Positions 1 through 9,744 of a stretch of 50,921 nt of DNA are shown here, one piece after another (the stretch's first letter is position 1; each line of letters opens with the position of its first letter). A program made the position numbers and the translations under genes. The DNA is from Nocardioidaceae bacterium (lineage in GTDB: Bacteria; Actinomycetota; Actinomycetes; Propionibacteriales; Nocardioidaceae), in contig DATIBI010000245.1 of assembly GCA_035457605.1 (NCBI GenBank), positions 1-50,921 of the forward strand. The letters run 5' to 3'. The notes beneath the pieces are model-generated. The model worked only from the letters and a program-made list of their open reading frames with translations, was not told where the DNA came from and did not search any database.

Positions 1-314
1 AGCGGCATGCGCTGGCCCGTGACCGCGCGGTCATCTCGTGGGTCACCGCGGCGCTCGGCGTACCTGTCGCTCGTCGGTCCGGTGGCCGTCGCCGATGCTT
101 GACGAAGCAGCCGGAACCCGGTCAGGCGCTGCCGCTCAGGGGGCAGGGACGAGCACCCAGACCACCTGGGTGCCGCGCGATGTGCTGGCGTCGACCCCGG
201 TGTGAGCCCCGCTCCGCGAGCGGCGGTTCGTGCCGTGTGCGCCGGTGTTCGCGTTCCCGGCACGCGACACGACGCCGACCTCACCGAAGGGCAGGCACGC
301 CTGCGTGTGCGGCC

Positions 315-479
315 TCAGCCGGCCAGCAGGAGCACCACGGGCACCAGCACGATCAGAGCGGTGAACGCGGCGACGGCCACCCACATCCAGCTCGACCGGG
401 AAGCCTCAGGCTCTTGCCGATCGAAGAAGGCCTGGAAGACCTGCGTGCTGGCGCCGGGGTCGAGATCGTCTTCAGACAT
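315..479 (-). CDS. small single-pass membrane protein (54 aa)
   Basis: MSEDDLDPGASTQVFQAFFDR... with a hydrophobic C-terminus. TAGGGT -10-like box 7 nt before the ATG (leaderless pattern). Confidence 0.65.
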   Translation of the reverse strand: MSEDDLDPGASTQVFQAFFDRQEPEASRSSWMWVAVAAFTALIVLVPVVLLLAG

Positions 480-680
480 GGCCCAAACCCTACATACCGA
501 CGGAATGCTGCCTGTGGCGGTCTCGAAGCCCAACACGCCACCGAGTTGTCGACCCCGTGCTCGAGGTGCTGGGGCGAGCCAAGTCCTGCCGATGTGACAA
601 GGAGCCGCGTGCACAGCCGACTGGCAGCAGAGCATCGTGTCGTGCGGCCCGATTAGCTCATGCTGATGGAGACTGCTGCC

Positions 681-908
681 ATGGACGAAACGAAGGATGA
701 CTACCAGCCATCGAAAGGGCTGGTGTACGCCATCGCGGGGGTGTCCGTCTTCGTCGTCGGAGGGCTGATTCTGGCGAACAGCCACGACGAGGACCCCCTC
801 TTCCTCCTGGGCCTCGCCCTCGAGGGCACCGGGATCTACCTCCTGCTCGCCGGCGCTGTCGCCAGGGGCATCCAGATGGCTCGCGGACAATCGGTGAAGC
901 ACCGCTAA
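681..908 (+). CDS. small two-TM membrane protein
   Basis: MDETKDDYQPSKGLVYAIAG..., two hydrophobic stretches, GC3-rich codons. Confidence 0.6.
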   Translation: MDETKDDYQPSKGLVYAIAGVSVFVVGGLILANSHDEDPLFLLGLALEGTGIYLLLAGAVARGIQMARGQSVKHR

Positions 909-1130
909 GGCCGACAAGTCGCCGCGGGGCCGCCGACGTGGTGAGCGAAGACTTGCAGCCGGCGCCCGGCCGCAAAACGGCGCCGCGCGTCGCTCCGCGA
1001 AGACCGCGGCCCCCCTTGCCCCTGGGCACCGACGAACAAGCGGCCGGTTGGCGGGTGGCTCCTCCATAGCCAGATGTCGACATCGAGCATGTGTCCTGAC
1101 AACCTCGCGCCTGCCGGATACTCTCGCCCG

Positions 1131-1307
1131 ATGCCCCACCCGTTCATTGCAGGCCTTGGTACCACGGAGCTCCTGCTCATCTTTCTGGTGCTGCTGGTCA
1201 CCGTCGTGCTTCCCGTGCTCGTCATTCTTGGACTCGTCCGCTTGGTTACGCGAAAGCAAAGGCAAGGCCGAGCAACAAGTCACCCACCGCGCAGCGAGCT
1301 GCGTTGA
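1131..1307 (+). CDS. small membrane protein with TatA-like N-terminus (GLGTTELLLI)
   Basis: Long hydrophobic helix followed by a basic tail. TACTCT 6 nt upstream of the ATG. Confidence 0.5.
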   Translation: MPHPFIAGLGTTELLLIFLVLLVTVVLPVLVILGLVRLVTRKQRQGRATSHPPRSELR

Positions 1308-1642
1308 GGGGGAATCCTCAACCAGTGCTAGCGAAGTAGCCCCTGCCGAGACTCGGTAAGAGTTGGGGTCGGTCCGACACGCCGACCGGCTGCTATTCCG
1401 TTCGACTCGTTGAGTGATCCGCAGCAGGACGTCGAAGAGCCAAGCTCGACACCCTCGATGGGGTTGGCGCCGTTGCAGCCGCTCCGAGCGTTCAGATCTG
1501 CTGGGCCAGAGCCAGTGGCTGGCGACGGCAATCCCAAGCCTGCTCACATCACACAGACCTGCGCGGTCTCGTGCTCAGGCCGCCGTCCTTGACATGCGCC
1601 CGACCTCAGCGTCACATCGAATGAGACGGAGGGAGGTGGCCC

Positions 1643-1960
1643 ATGTACGGGTACACCATGCATGTTCCGGCGCCGATCGAGGCTTACCAGGCGGTGCACA
1701 AGGCAGTCTTGGAGGTTCTCGGCGAGGACGGCGGAGGAGAGGGACTGGTGCTGCACCTCGCGTACCCCACTGAGAGTGGGTTCGACCTGACCGAGGTGTG
1801 GGAGTCCAGGGAGCAGTCCGACGCCTTCAACCGGGACGTGTTCCCGAAGGCACTGGCACGAGCCGGTGTGCCGATGGACGGACCGGCGCCGGAGCCTGTG
1901 GAGTTCGACCCGGCCGGGGTCATGACTCCCCGGGCCTTCACCTCCGACGTCCCGACCTGA
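1643..1960 (+). CDS. hypothetical protein, ABM/dimeric alpha-beta barrel-like
   Basis: GGAGGT RBS. LHLAYPTESGFDLTEVWESRE pattern typical of ABM-like small proteins. Confidence 0.7.
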   Translation: MYGYTMHVPAPIEAYQAVHKAVLEVLGEDGGGEGLVLHLAYPTESGFDLTEVWESREQSDAFNRDVFPKALARAGVPMDGPAPEPVEFDPAGVMTPRAFTSDVPT

Positions 1961-2064
1961 GCATTCCGCACAATCTCAGGGCTCCTTGTGGTGCACGGGT
2001 AAGGGTTTCCGTGCCGCCGGAGAACGACGAGGCACGACGAGGCGCGACGGGGCACACTGAGAAG

Positions 2065-2886
2065 GTGGTGCGCGGAGTCGTCGCGACGGTCGTGGTGGTG
2101 GTGATCCTGCTGACCTTGGTGTGGGCGTTGCAGCGCCACCTCATCTACCTGCCGGCCACGACCGAGGTGGCTCCGGCCGCCACGGTGCTGCACGGGGCGC
2201 GCGACGTACAGCTGCACACCAGTGACGGACTGGTCCTGGGTGCCTGGTTCCTGCCCGCGACGGGTCCCGACCGCGGTGTCACCGTCCTGGTGGCGAACGG
2301 AAACGCCGGGGACCGCTCGCTGCGTGCCTCCCTCGCACGGGCGCTCGCCGCAGCGGGCCTGTCCGTGCTTCTCTTCGACTACCGCGGCTACGGGGGCAAC
2401 CCCGGCAGCCCGAGCGAAGAGGGCTTGGCCCGCGACGTCCGGGCAGCACACCGGTTCCTGGTCCAGGAGGCCGGTGTTCCACCTGAGCGGTTGCTGTACT
2501 ACGGCGAGAGCCTGGGTGCCGCGGTGGTGACCGAGCTCGCGAGCGAACACCCTCCGGCGGGGCTCGTGCTCCGCTCGCCGTTCGTCGACCTCGCGTCGGT
2601 CGGCGCAGTCCACTACCCGTTCCTGCCGGTCCGGACCCTGCTGCGGGACCGCTTCCCGCTCACCAGCTACCTCGTCGACGTCCGCGTGCCCGTGACGGTC
2701 GTCTACGGAAGCGAGGACTCCATCGTCCCGCCCGACCAGAGTCGCGCCGTGGCGGAGTCGGCGCCGCGACTGCGCGAGCTCGTGGAGGTCGCCGGTGCCG
2801 ACCACAACGACCTCGACCTGCTGGCCGGGGATCAGCTGATCGATGCCGTGGCCGACCTCGCCGAGCATGTCGCCGACAGGGGGTGA
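2065..2886 (+). CDS. membrane-anchored alpha/beta hydrolase (Bem46/ABHD13-like)
   Basis: N-terminal TM, NGNAG, DYRGYG, nucleophile GESLG, GSED and HND triad motifs. Confidence 0.88.
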   Translation: MVRGVVATVVVVVILLTLVWALQRHLIYLPATTEVAPAATVLHGARDVQLHTSDGLVLGAWFLPATGPDRGVTVLVANGNAGDRSLRASLARALAAAGLSVLLFDYRGYGGNPGSPSEEGLARDVRAAHRFLVQEAGVPPERLLYYGESLGAAVVTELASEHPPAGLVLRSPFVDLASVGAVHYPFLPVRTLLRDRFPLTSYLVDVRVPVTVVYGSEDSIVPPDQSRAVAESAPRLRELVEVAGADHNDLDLLAGDQLIDAVADLAEHVADRG

Positions 2887-3044
2887 CAGCGAGCCGAGCG
2901 ACTCGAGACGACCCTCGCGCTCCGGGCCCTCGGCCCTTCGCGCACCCCGAACCGCTGGGTGGGAGAGCCGTGCCGGCAGAGCGCCCGAGCCGAACCCGGT
3001 GGGGTCCGAGCGTTCGGGTGCCCTCAGTAGGGCATGCTGAACGG

Positions 3045-3269
3045 ATGAAGCCACGATCTGCCTCGAGTCGGCGCTATCTCCCTGGGAGTCCCTTCAACAA
3101 CCACCAGCCCGTTCCGGAGATCGAGCGATTCGCGGTTCAAGACCGTGTCACCCACGACAAGTACGGCCTCGGCCGCGTCGTCAAGACGGAGACCGAGGCG
3201 GTCACGGTCGACTTCGGCTCCCGCAACATCCGGATCGACAGCCCGTTCCACAAGCTGACGAAGCTGTAG
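3045..3269 (+). CDS. standalone Tudor/SH3-like small protein resembling the PcrA/UvrD C-terminal domain
   Basis: FAVQDRVTHDKYGLGRVV...VTVDFGS pattern. CATGCT 6 nt upstream of the ATG. Confidence 0.75.
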   Translation: MKPRSASSRRYLPGSPFNNHQPVPEIERFAVQDRVTHDKYGLGRVVKTETEAVTVDFGSRNIRIDSPFHKLTKL

Positions 3270-3435
3270 GTCCCTGACCACGACCGGGTGGTGGCCGGCG
3301 TACCGTCCTTGCAGCGCGTCCCGTCACCCATCCTGCCCGGATGATGCCCCGGGTCGGCATCCGTGTGGATGATCGAGCAAGGCCCTCGAGCTCGGAGCCT
3401 TGTCCTGCCATCGATCGAGTCCTGGTGATGCCGGT

Positions 3436-4074
3436 ATGACCCTTGCGGCCATCCTCCCGCTGTCCTTCGTCATGATCGCAGGGCCTCAGATCATCAGTGC
3501 CTTCTTCCTCGCCACCAGCGCGGACTGGGCGAGGAACTCGCTGAGCTTCCTCGCCGGCGCCGCCGTGTCGGTCACCGTGGTGGTCACACTCACCTACGTC
3601 GTCGCCACGGGCACGACGCAAGCTGCGGGGAGCCGGATGGAGGGCACGGCCGGCGTGGTGATCGACTGGATCGTCCTTGCGATCGTGCTGTTCCTCATCG
3701 CGCGGGTCTACCTCACCCGGAACACGAGCGAGCCTCCCAAGTGGATGGCACGACTGCAGGAAGCCCATCCGAGGTTCGCGTTCCTCCTGGGCATGGCGCT
3801 GCTCGGCGTGTTCCCTACCGACATACTCGGCTCGATCACGGTCGGCCTGCACGTCGCTCATCACGGCGACGCCTGGTGGCAGTGCCTGCCCTTCGTGGCC
3901 ATGACCTTGCTGCTGCTCGCGTTGCCCGCTCTCGGGGTCGTGGTCCTGGGCAGACGGGCCGAGGTCGTGCTTCCGGCGACGCGGGACTGGATGAGCGAGA
4001 AGTCCTGGGTCGTCAGTGAGGTCGTGCTCGTGTTCTTCGCCGCGATCACCCTGAGCAGCTTGGTCAGCGGATGA
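3436..4074 (+). CDS. GAP/Sap (LysE-superfamily) membrane protein
   Basis: MIAGPQI N-terminus, PPKWM, about six TM segments, RDWM near the C-terminus. Confidence 0.8.
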   Translation: MTLAAILPLSFVMIAGPQIISAFFLATSADWARNSLSFLAGAAVSVTVVVTLTYVVATGTTQAAGSRMEGTAGVVIDWIVLAIVLFLIARVYLTRNTSEPPKWMARLQEAHPRFAFLLGMALLGVFPTDILGSITVGLHVAHHGDAWWQCLPFVAMTLLLLALPALGVVVLGRRAEVVLPATRDWMSEKSWVVSEVVLVFFAAITLSSLVSG

Positions 4075-4147
4075 CGGGAGACGGCGTGCGCGGACCCGGT
4101 AGGCCCTGCGCTCGACACCGGCCGTGCAGCAGGCGTGACGATGGCGC

Positions 4148-5506
4148 TCAGGAGCTTCCCGGCGGAGCCGTGCCCGCCTGGTACTCCTGCATGTCGACCT
4201 GTCCGGCTGCCCAGGCGCTCACGACCGGGTCGATGATGCGCCAGGCCTCCTCGGCCTCGTCACCACGGATGAACAGGGTGGGGTTGCCGCGGAGCATCTG
4301 GAGGATGAGGTTGCTGTACGCGCTTCGTCCCGAGGCTTCGGAGCGGACCTCCAGCTGCTGGTTCTCCGGCAGCCGGCTCGCTCCGTTCAGCGTCGTGTCC
4401 AGGCGCAGGTACGGCGCGTTGAGCCCGAGCCTGAGAACGTTGGGCTCCACGCCCGGCCATCGTCTGAGCATGTACTTCGGCAGCGGCCGGAAGTGGATCG
4501 CGATCTCCGCGGTGTCCGCGGGCAGAGACTTGCCCGAGCGAAGCGTGAACGGAACCCCGCACCACCGGGCATTCTCGACCTCGAGGGTCAGGGACGCGTA
4601 GGTCTCGGTGTTGCGCGCGGGATCGACCCCCGGCTCGTCGACGTACGACGGGACCTCCCGGGAACCGATCCTGCCGGCGGTGTACCGAGCGCGGACCGTG
4701 TCGGTGCGTACCCGCTCCGGCTCAGGGGTGGCGACCGCGCGCAGGGCCTCGACGCGGGCGCTGCGCAGGGAGTGTGCGTCGACGTGGGCCGGCTGCTCCA
4801 TGAGGACCAGGGTCATCACCTCGACGAGGTGGTTCTGCACCATGTCCTTCAGGGCCCCGGCGGTGTCGTAGTAACCCGCCCGGCCCTCGAGGGTGAGGCT
4901 CTCGAGCCAGCTGATGTCGACGTGGTCGACGTGTGTGGCGTTCCAGGTCGGCTCGAAGATCTGGTTCAGGAACCTCAGGACCATGACCCGCAGGACGAGC
5001 TCGTCGGACAGGAAGTGGTCCACCCGGAAGATGGTGGGCGCGGGCAGGTCGACCCGGATCATCTCGTTGAGCGCCCGTGCCGACTCCAGATCGGTGCCGA
5101 AGGGCTTCTCGATCGCCACCGCGTCGCGCCCGTTCAGGCGGCTCGCGGTCAGCGCCGACAGGACCGGCTGGAACAGCGAGGGTCGGAGCGCGAGGTAGAC
5201 CAGCGTGTCGGGGTGGTCCTCGCCGACCAGGCGGCTGACCTCCTTGGGCGCCGTGACGTCGAGACTCTGGTAGCTGAGCATCCCGAGCACGGCCTCGCGG
5301 GCCGCCGAGGTCACGGTCGAGTGCTTCGCGAGCTCGGTGGAGATGTGCTCGGCGAAGTCGTCGTCCGACCAGCTCCGCCTGGCCGCACCGACGATCGTGA
5401 ACCCGTCGGGCAGGAGTCCCGACTCGGCAAGCTGGGCGACCGCGGGCAGGAGCAGACGACTGGTGAGGTCCCCCGAGGCCCCGAACAGCAGCATGCGTTG
5501 GATCAT
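4148..5506 (-). CDS. zwf: glucose-6-phosphate dehydrogenase family protein (divergent)
   Basis: GASGDL, EKPFG, DHFL, DMVQNHL, RWCGVPF..GK motifs. Confidence 0.88.
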   Translation of the reverse strand: MIQRMLLFGASGDLTSRLLLPAVAQLAESGLLPDGFTIVGAARRSWSDDDFAEHISTELAKHSTVTSAAREAVLGMLSYQSLDVTAPKEVSRLVGEDHPDTLVYLALRPSLFQPVLSALTASRLNGRDAVAIEKPFGTDLESARALNEMIRVDLPAPTIFRVDHFLSDELVLRVMVLRFLNQIFEPTWNATHVDHVDISWLESLTLEGRAGYYDTAGALKDMVQNHLVEVMTLVLMEQPAHVDAHSLRSARVEALRAVATPEPERVRTDTVRARYTAGRIGSREVPSYVDEPGVDPARNTETYASLTLEVENARWCGVPFTLRSGKSLPADTAEIAIHFRPLPKYMLRRWPGVEPNVLRLGLNAPYLRLDTTLNGASRLPENQQLEVRSEASGRSAYSNLILQMLRGNPTLFIRGDEAEEAWRIIDPVVSAWAAGQVDMQEYQAGTAPPGSS

Positions 5507-5510
5507 GGGG

Positions 5511-8500
5511 TCAACCACCCCAGATGTCCTCGACGAGACGGTCCGCCGACCGGAGACCGGCCAGCCAGGCGTCCGCGTCGGCCTCGCCGGCCCCTGTGCG
5601 GTCACGGAAGACCTTCTTGAGCGACTCCCTGACCCCTGGGGCGATCGTGGAGGCGTTGCCGCACACCAGCACCACGGCGTCACGCTGCAGGAGGTCCCAG
5701 ACCTCGTCCGCGCAGTCGAGCATGCCGTCCTGCACGTATCTGCGTTCGGCTCCGGGCGCCCTCGAGAAGCATCGCTCCACCCGGACGAGGCCCTGGCGCT
5801 CGAAGTCCTCCAGCTCCTGCGCGTAGAGCAGGTCGATGTCGGGGTTCCGGCACCCGAAGAACAGCAGGGAGGAGGCGACCGGCACCTGCTGGGCGCGCAG
5901 TGCGGCGCGTTCCTGCAGAAAGCCGCGGAAGGGTGCCAACCCCGTCCCGGCGCCCACCATGATCATCGGGACGTGCGGGTTCTCCGGGGGCCGGAAGGGG
6001 ATCGACGGCTGACGGACGAAGGTGAACACGGTGCCGTGCTCCGGCGCCAGGGCGAGATGGCCCGAGGAGACGCCGGTGAAGGTGCCGTGGCCGGACCGTG
6101 CGGGACCCTCCACGACTCCGACGGTGATGCTGCAGGTGTCCGGGCTGACCGCGGGTGACGAGGAGATCGAGTAGTACCGCGGGCGCAGCGGGGGCAGCAT
6201 GTCAAGGAACTCCTCGAACGGCAGCCGGCAGGCCGGGAACTCGTCGAGCACGTCGAGGACCGACCGGTTGGGGGTGTACACCTGCTCGCGGTAGGCGGCG
6301 TGCGACTCCTCGTCGTCACCGGCCATCGCCTCCAGGGCCGCCTTCTGCTCCGGGTCCTCCGTGTGCCTGGCGAGGATCGCGAGGTCGTCCCTGCTCGCGA
6401 CGTCCTGCAGCTCGACGCAGCTGGCCAGGACGCCGAGCAGCGGGGTCGGCTCCTCGATCGGCAGGTGGGTGTGCGTCCCGCTGTTGGGGATGATCGTGAC
6501 GTACTGCCCGGCATCGAGCCCGAATCGCGCCATGACCCGCCGGATCGCGCCGAAGCTGTTCCGGGGCAGGACGCCTAGGTGGTCTCCGGCCTGGTAGGTC
6601 ACGCCGGACGGCAGGGCGATCTCGATGTGCCGGACCGACCGCGACGGCGTGCCCTGGGAGTGGTCGAGGATCAGCTCGCGGTTGTCCCGCACCAGGCCCG
6701 GATGCGCCTCGTAGGACACGATGACGGGGTTGGTGACCTGCCGGTTGGTCAGCGTCAGGGACAGGCGAGGTCCGGAGGTCCCGGCCTCGGCGACGTCGCT
6801 GGGGAGGTCGAGGGCCTCGGCGATGTCGGACCAGACGTCGCCGTGCCAGCTGCGGTACTCGGCGTCGAAGTCGCCGGCAGCGTTGCCCTCGCCCCGCCCG
6901 TGGATCCGTTGTCCGCCATGTTGCTCGAGCTGCTGGTCGATCAGCTTCGGCACTGCCTGGTACGTCGCGGCCCACTCGGTGTTGCCGCACCCGAAGACCG
7001 AGTACGACACGCCCTTGACGGCGTCGGGAGCCGCGTTCGAGATCCAGCGACAGAATGCCGCAGCGTTGTCGGGAGGGGTGCCGTTGTACGACGAGGTCAC
7101 GATGATCGTCGCGCCATCCACGGGAAGGTCCGACACGTGGTCGTCGAGTGCGCCGACGGTCACGTCGAACCCGCGCTCCGCGCCTTCCTGGGCGAGCCGG
7201 GTCGCGATGGACTCGGCGGTGCCGAGGTTCGAGCCGAACAGGACCGACAGCTTGGTGCCGTGCCGCGGGACCAAGGCCTTGGGCGCGGCGGCGGGCGCCG
7301 TCGTGGCTGCTGCGGCGTCCGCCTGTGCGGTCTCCGCCGGCGCGGGACGGTCGATGTGAACCCCCGGCCTGGGGCGCACCTGGATGCGGAAGTCGGCAGG
7401 CTTGACCGTCAGCGTGGTCTTGGTCTTCAGCTGGTAGTCGAGGTGGTCGACGAAGTCGAAGCGCCGGAGGAGCATGCCCAGCACCAGCGCCGCCTCCTGC
7501 AACGCGAACTGCCGCCCGATGCAGGCCCGCTGGCCCGTCCCGAAGGGCTTGTAGACGGCAGGCGACAGTGAGGCCACCCGCTCGGGTGCCATGTGGTCGG
7601 GGTTGAACTCGGACGCGTCCGGACCCCACACGGACGGGTCGCGGTGCAGTGCGGGGGTGAGCACGGTGATGGGCGTGCGCGCGGGAATCGCGTACCGGCC
7701 ACCGATCACGGTGTCCTCGAACGGGTAGCGGGTGAAGCCGGGCGCCGTCGGCCACAGACGCAACGACTCGTCCAGGACCTGGCGGACGTAGGTGAGCCGG
7801 TGCACCTGCTCGAAGGTCGGGAACGAGGTGTTGCCCAGCACCTCGTCCACCTCGGCCCGGGCGCGCGCGAGGACCGCGGGGTCCTTGAGCAGGTAGTAGA
7901 TGGCGAACGAGAGCAGGCCCGAGGTCGTCTCGTGACCGGCGATGAGGAAGGTGATGCACTGCGCCCGGATGTTGGAGTCCGGCAGCCGCTCACCGGACTG
8001 CTTGTCCACCCCGGTCAGCATCCTGCCCAGTAGGTCGGTGGTGACCCCGGCATCCCCCTGCGCACGACGCTCCGCGATGAGCCGGTCGACCAGCTCGTCC
8101 ATGAAGGCCTGGTCCTCCTCGACCTGCCTCTGCGCACGGATCTTCAGCCGGGTCTGGATCGGAAGCTGGCGGGCCCGGGCCTGCGACTCCGACAGCGTCC
8201 GGACCATCGCCTGCACGAACGGATGCGGGGTGTCGCGGTAGAACGAGTTGAACCGGTAGCCGAAGCCGCACAGCGCGATGGTGTCCAAGGTCAGGCGAGT
8301 CATGTCCGCGGGGACGTCGACCTCGTCGCCCTCGTTGAGCCGGCTCCACTTGTCCATCAGCTGGTCGGCGATGTCCACCATCCGGGGCATGTAGTCCCGC
8401 ATCGCCTGCAGGCTGAAGGGGGCCATCAGGATGTTGTGCGCCCGCCGCCACATCGGGTCGTCGGTCTCGGCCGTGAAGAGCCCGGTGTCTGCCGCGCCTT

Positions 8501-8753
8501 TCTTCAGGTTGGCCAGCCCTCCGCCGACGAGCTTGTCGAAACGGGCGTCGTCGCACACGTCCTCGACCAGGTTCGGACCCGAGATGATCAGCCGCGTACC
8601 GCCGGGGACGCTGAGCTTGAAGATGGGCCCGTACTCCTGAGCCATCGTGATGAAGCCCTCGATCGGGTTGTGGGAGTCGATGTCGAAGACGTTGCCGACC
8701 AGCGGGAGGCCGTGGGGGCCGGGTATCTCGTCAAGCTCGATCGTCATGCTCAT
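5511..8753 (-). CDS. bifunctional cytochrome P450/NADPH-P450 reductase (CYP102/BM3-like)
   Basis: AGHETT I-helix, ESLR, FGTGQRACIG heme motif, GSNLGTA (FMN), RYYSISS (FAD), GAGTGLAPF (NADPH), terminal DIW. AGGAG RBS. Confidence 0.96.
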   Translation of the reverse strand: MSMTIELDEIPGPHGLPLVGNVFDIDSHNPIEGFITMAQEYGPIFKLSVPGGTRLIISGPNLVEDVCDDARFDKLVGGGLANLKKGAADTGLFTAETDDPMWRRAHNILMAPFSLQAMRDYMPRMVDIADQLMDKWSRLNEGDEVDVPADMTRLTLDTIALCGFGYRFNSFYRDTPHPFVQAMVRTLSESQARARQLPIQTRLKIRAQRQVEEDQAFMDELVDRLIAERRAQGDAGVTTDLLGRMLTGVDKQSGERLPDSNIRAQCITFLIAGHETTSGLLSFAIYYLLKDPAVLARARAEVDEVLGNTSFPTFEQVHRLTYVRQVLDESLRLWPTAPGFTRYPFEDTVIGGRYAIPARTPITVLTPALHRDPSVWGPDASEFNPDHMAPERVASLSPAVYKPFGTGQRACIGRQFALQEAALVLGMLLRRFDFVDHLDYQLKTKTTLTVKPADFRIQVRPRPGVHIDRPAPAETAQADAAAATTAPAAAPKALVPRHGTKLSVLFGSNLGTAESIATRLAQEGAERGFDVTVGALDDHVSDLPVDGATIIVTSSYNGTPPDNAAAFCRWISNAAPDAVKGVSYSVFGCGNTEWAATYQAVPKLIDQQLEQHGGQRIHGRGEGNAAGDFDAEYRSWHGDVWSDIAEALDLPSDVAEAGTSGPRLSLTLTNRQVTNPVIVSYEAHPGLVRDNRELILDHSQGTPSRSVRHIEIALPSGVTYQAGDHLGVLPRNSFGAIRRVMARFGLDAGQYVTIIPNSGTHTHLPIEEPTPLLGVLASCVELQDVASRDDLAILARHTEDPEQKAALEAMAGDDEESHAAYREQVYTPNRSVLDVLDEFPACRLPFEEFLDMLPPLRPRYYSISSSPAVSPDTCSITVGVVEGPARSGHGTFTGVSSGHLALAPEHGTVFTFVRQPSIPFRPPENPHVPMIMVGAGTGLAPFRGFLQERAALRAQQVPVASSLLFFGCRNPDIDLLYAQELEDFERQGLVRVERCFSRAPGAERRYVQDGMLDCADEVWDLLQRDAVVLVCGNASTIAPGVRESLKKVFRDRTGAGEADADAWLAGLRSADRLVEDIWGG

Positions 8754-9576
8754 GGGCGGTCTCCTGTAGGGGCACCTTGGGTTGCTTCCGGTGGGCACGT
8801 CGCGGCGCGGCTGCGGTCCGGGGGAGCGACAGCGGCGAGTGGTGGCCGTGGGTGTCGACGAGGAGTACGACGCTCAGCACGAGGACCCACCCAGGGAAGA
8901 TGAGCAGGATCGCGGGATGGAACGTCGTACTGACGAGCAGGAAAGCTGCGGCGAGATAGCTGATCAGCGTGAACCAGCCTGGGACGAGGCCGCGTTTCCG
9001 GCTGAGCGTGGTGGTGGTGATCATGAACATGCCGGCTGCCCGGACGCCGAAGACGAACACCAAGCCGTAGCCCGCGGCGCTCAGGGCACGGGCGACCTCG
9101 GGAGGGGGCAGCGGCGCGGTGGAGACCACAGTCAGCAGCGCCACGGCGCCGACGGCTGCGGTGCCGGCGAAAAGCATGCACACGAACAGGACGCCGGAGC
9201 TCAGCTGCAGCCAGCGCGGCATCTCCGAGGACGGGCCGGGCAACGCCTCGATGACGGTGCGCAGTGCGCTCATGTGCCACATGAACGCGATGCCTGCGAA
9301 GGGCACCACGTAGAGCCCGGCCGTGACGATCACGTTCCCTCGCCCGACCTGGTAGAAGTCGGCGTAGACGCGGTCAGGCACACCCAACCCAGGGCCCTGA
9401 CGCACGAGAACCAGGGCCAGGACGAACAGTCCCGCGAACAGAATTCCTGACAGGGCGCTCACCTGCGCGCTCTTCCGGAGTGCCGTCGTCGAAGCGCCGG
9501 ACGGGGTCGGCTTGCTCGCCGGCATCGCCGAACGGCGACTCACGGGTGATCCGGTTCGTGACCCGAGACGAACCAT
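8731..9576 (-). CDS. multi-pass membrane protein (DUF4386-like), first gene of the P450 operon
   Basis: About six TM helices. GGAGGT RBS before ATG 9576 (alternative start 9525). Its 3' end overlaps the P450 start. Confidence 0.75.
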   Translation of the reverse strand: MVRLGSRTGSPVSRRSAMPASKPTPSGASTTALRKSAQVSALSGILFAGLFVLALVLVRQGPGLGVPDRVYADFYQVGRGNVIVTAGLYVVPFAGIAFMWHMSALRTVIEALPGPSSEMPRWLQLSSGVLFVCMLFAGTAAVGAVALLTVVSTAPLPPPEVARALSAAGYGLVFVFGVRAAGMFMITTTTLSRKRGLVPGWFTLISYLAAAFLLVSTTFHPAILLIFPGWVLVLSVVLLVDTHGHHSPLSLPRTAAAPRRAHRKQPKVPLQETAHEHDDRA

Positions 9577-9744
9577 CGAGACCTCCCTCCGTCCACGGCG
9601 GGGGCGACGGGCAACAGGGTTCACCGTTCCACCAGGCCGCGGATGCCGGTAGACCCGGTTGGAACCGGTCTACCTAGACCTGGTGGGGACAGGTCTGACT
9701 AGTCACCCAGGTCCGCTCGGTGCGATTTTGCCGGAGGTCGGACG

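Noticed and set aside
1131-1307. tatA
   Set aside because: It lacks the FG hinge and amphipathic helix, and no tatBC is nearby.
1542-1568. ECF41-like promoter (CTCACA-N16-GGTC) before the 1643 gene
   Set aside because: A single imperfect match with no cognate sigma factor identified.
2886-3040. tRNA or riboswitch in the GC-rich intergenic region
   Set aside because: Hairpins are possible, but I recognise no cloverleaf, T-loop or aptamer consensus.
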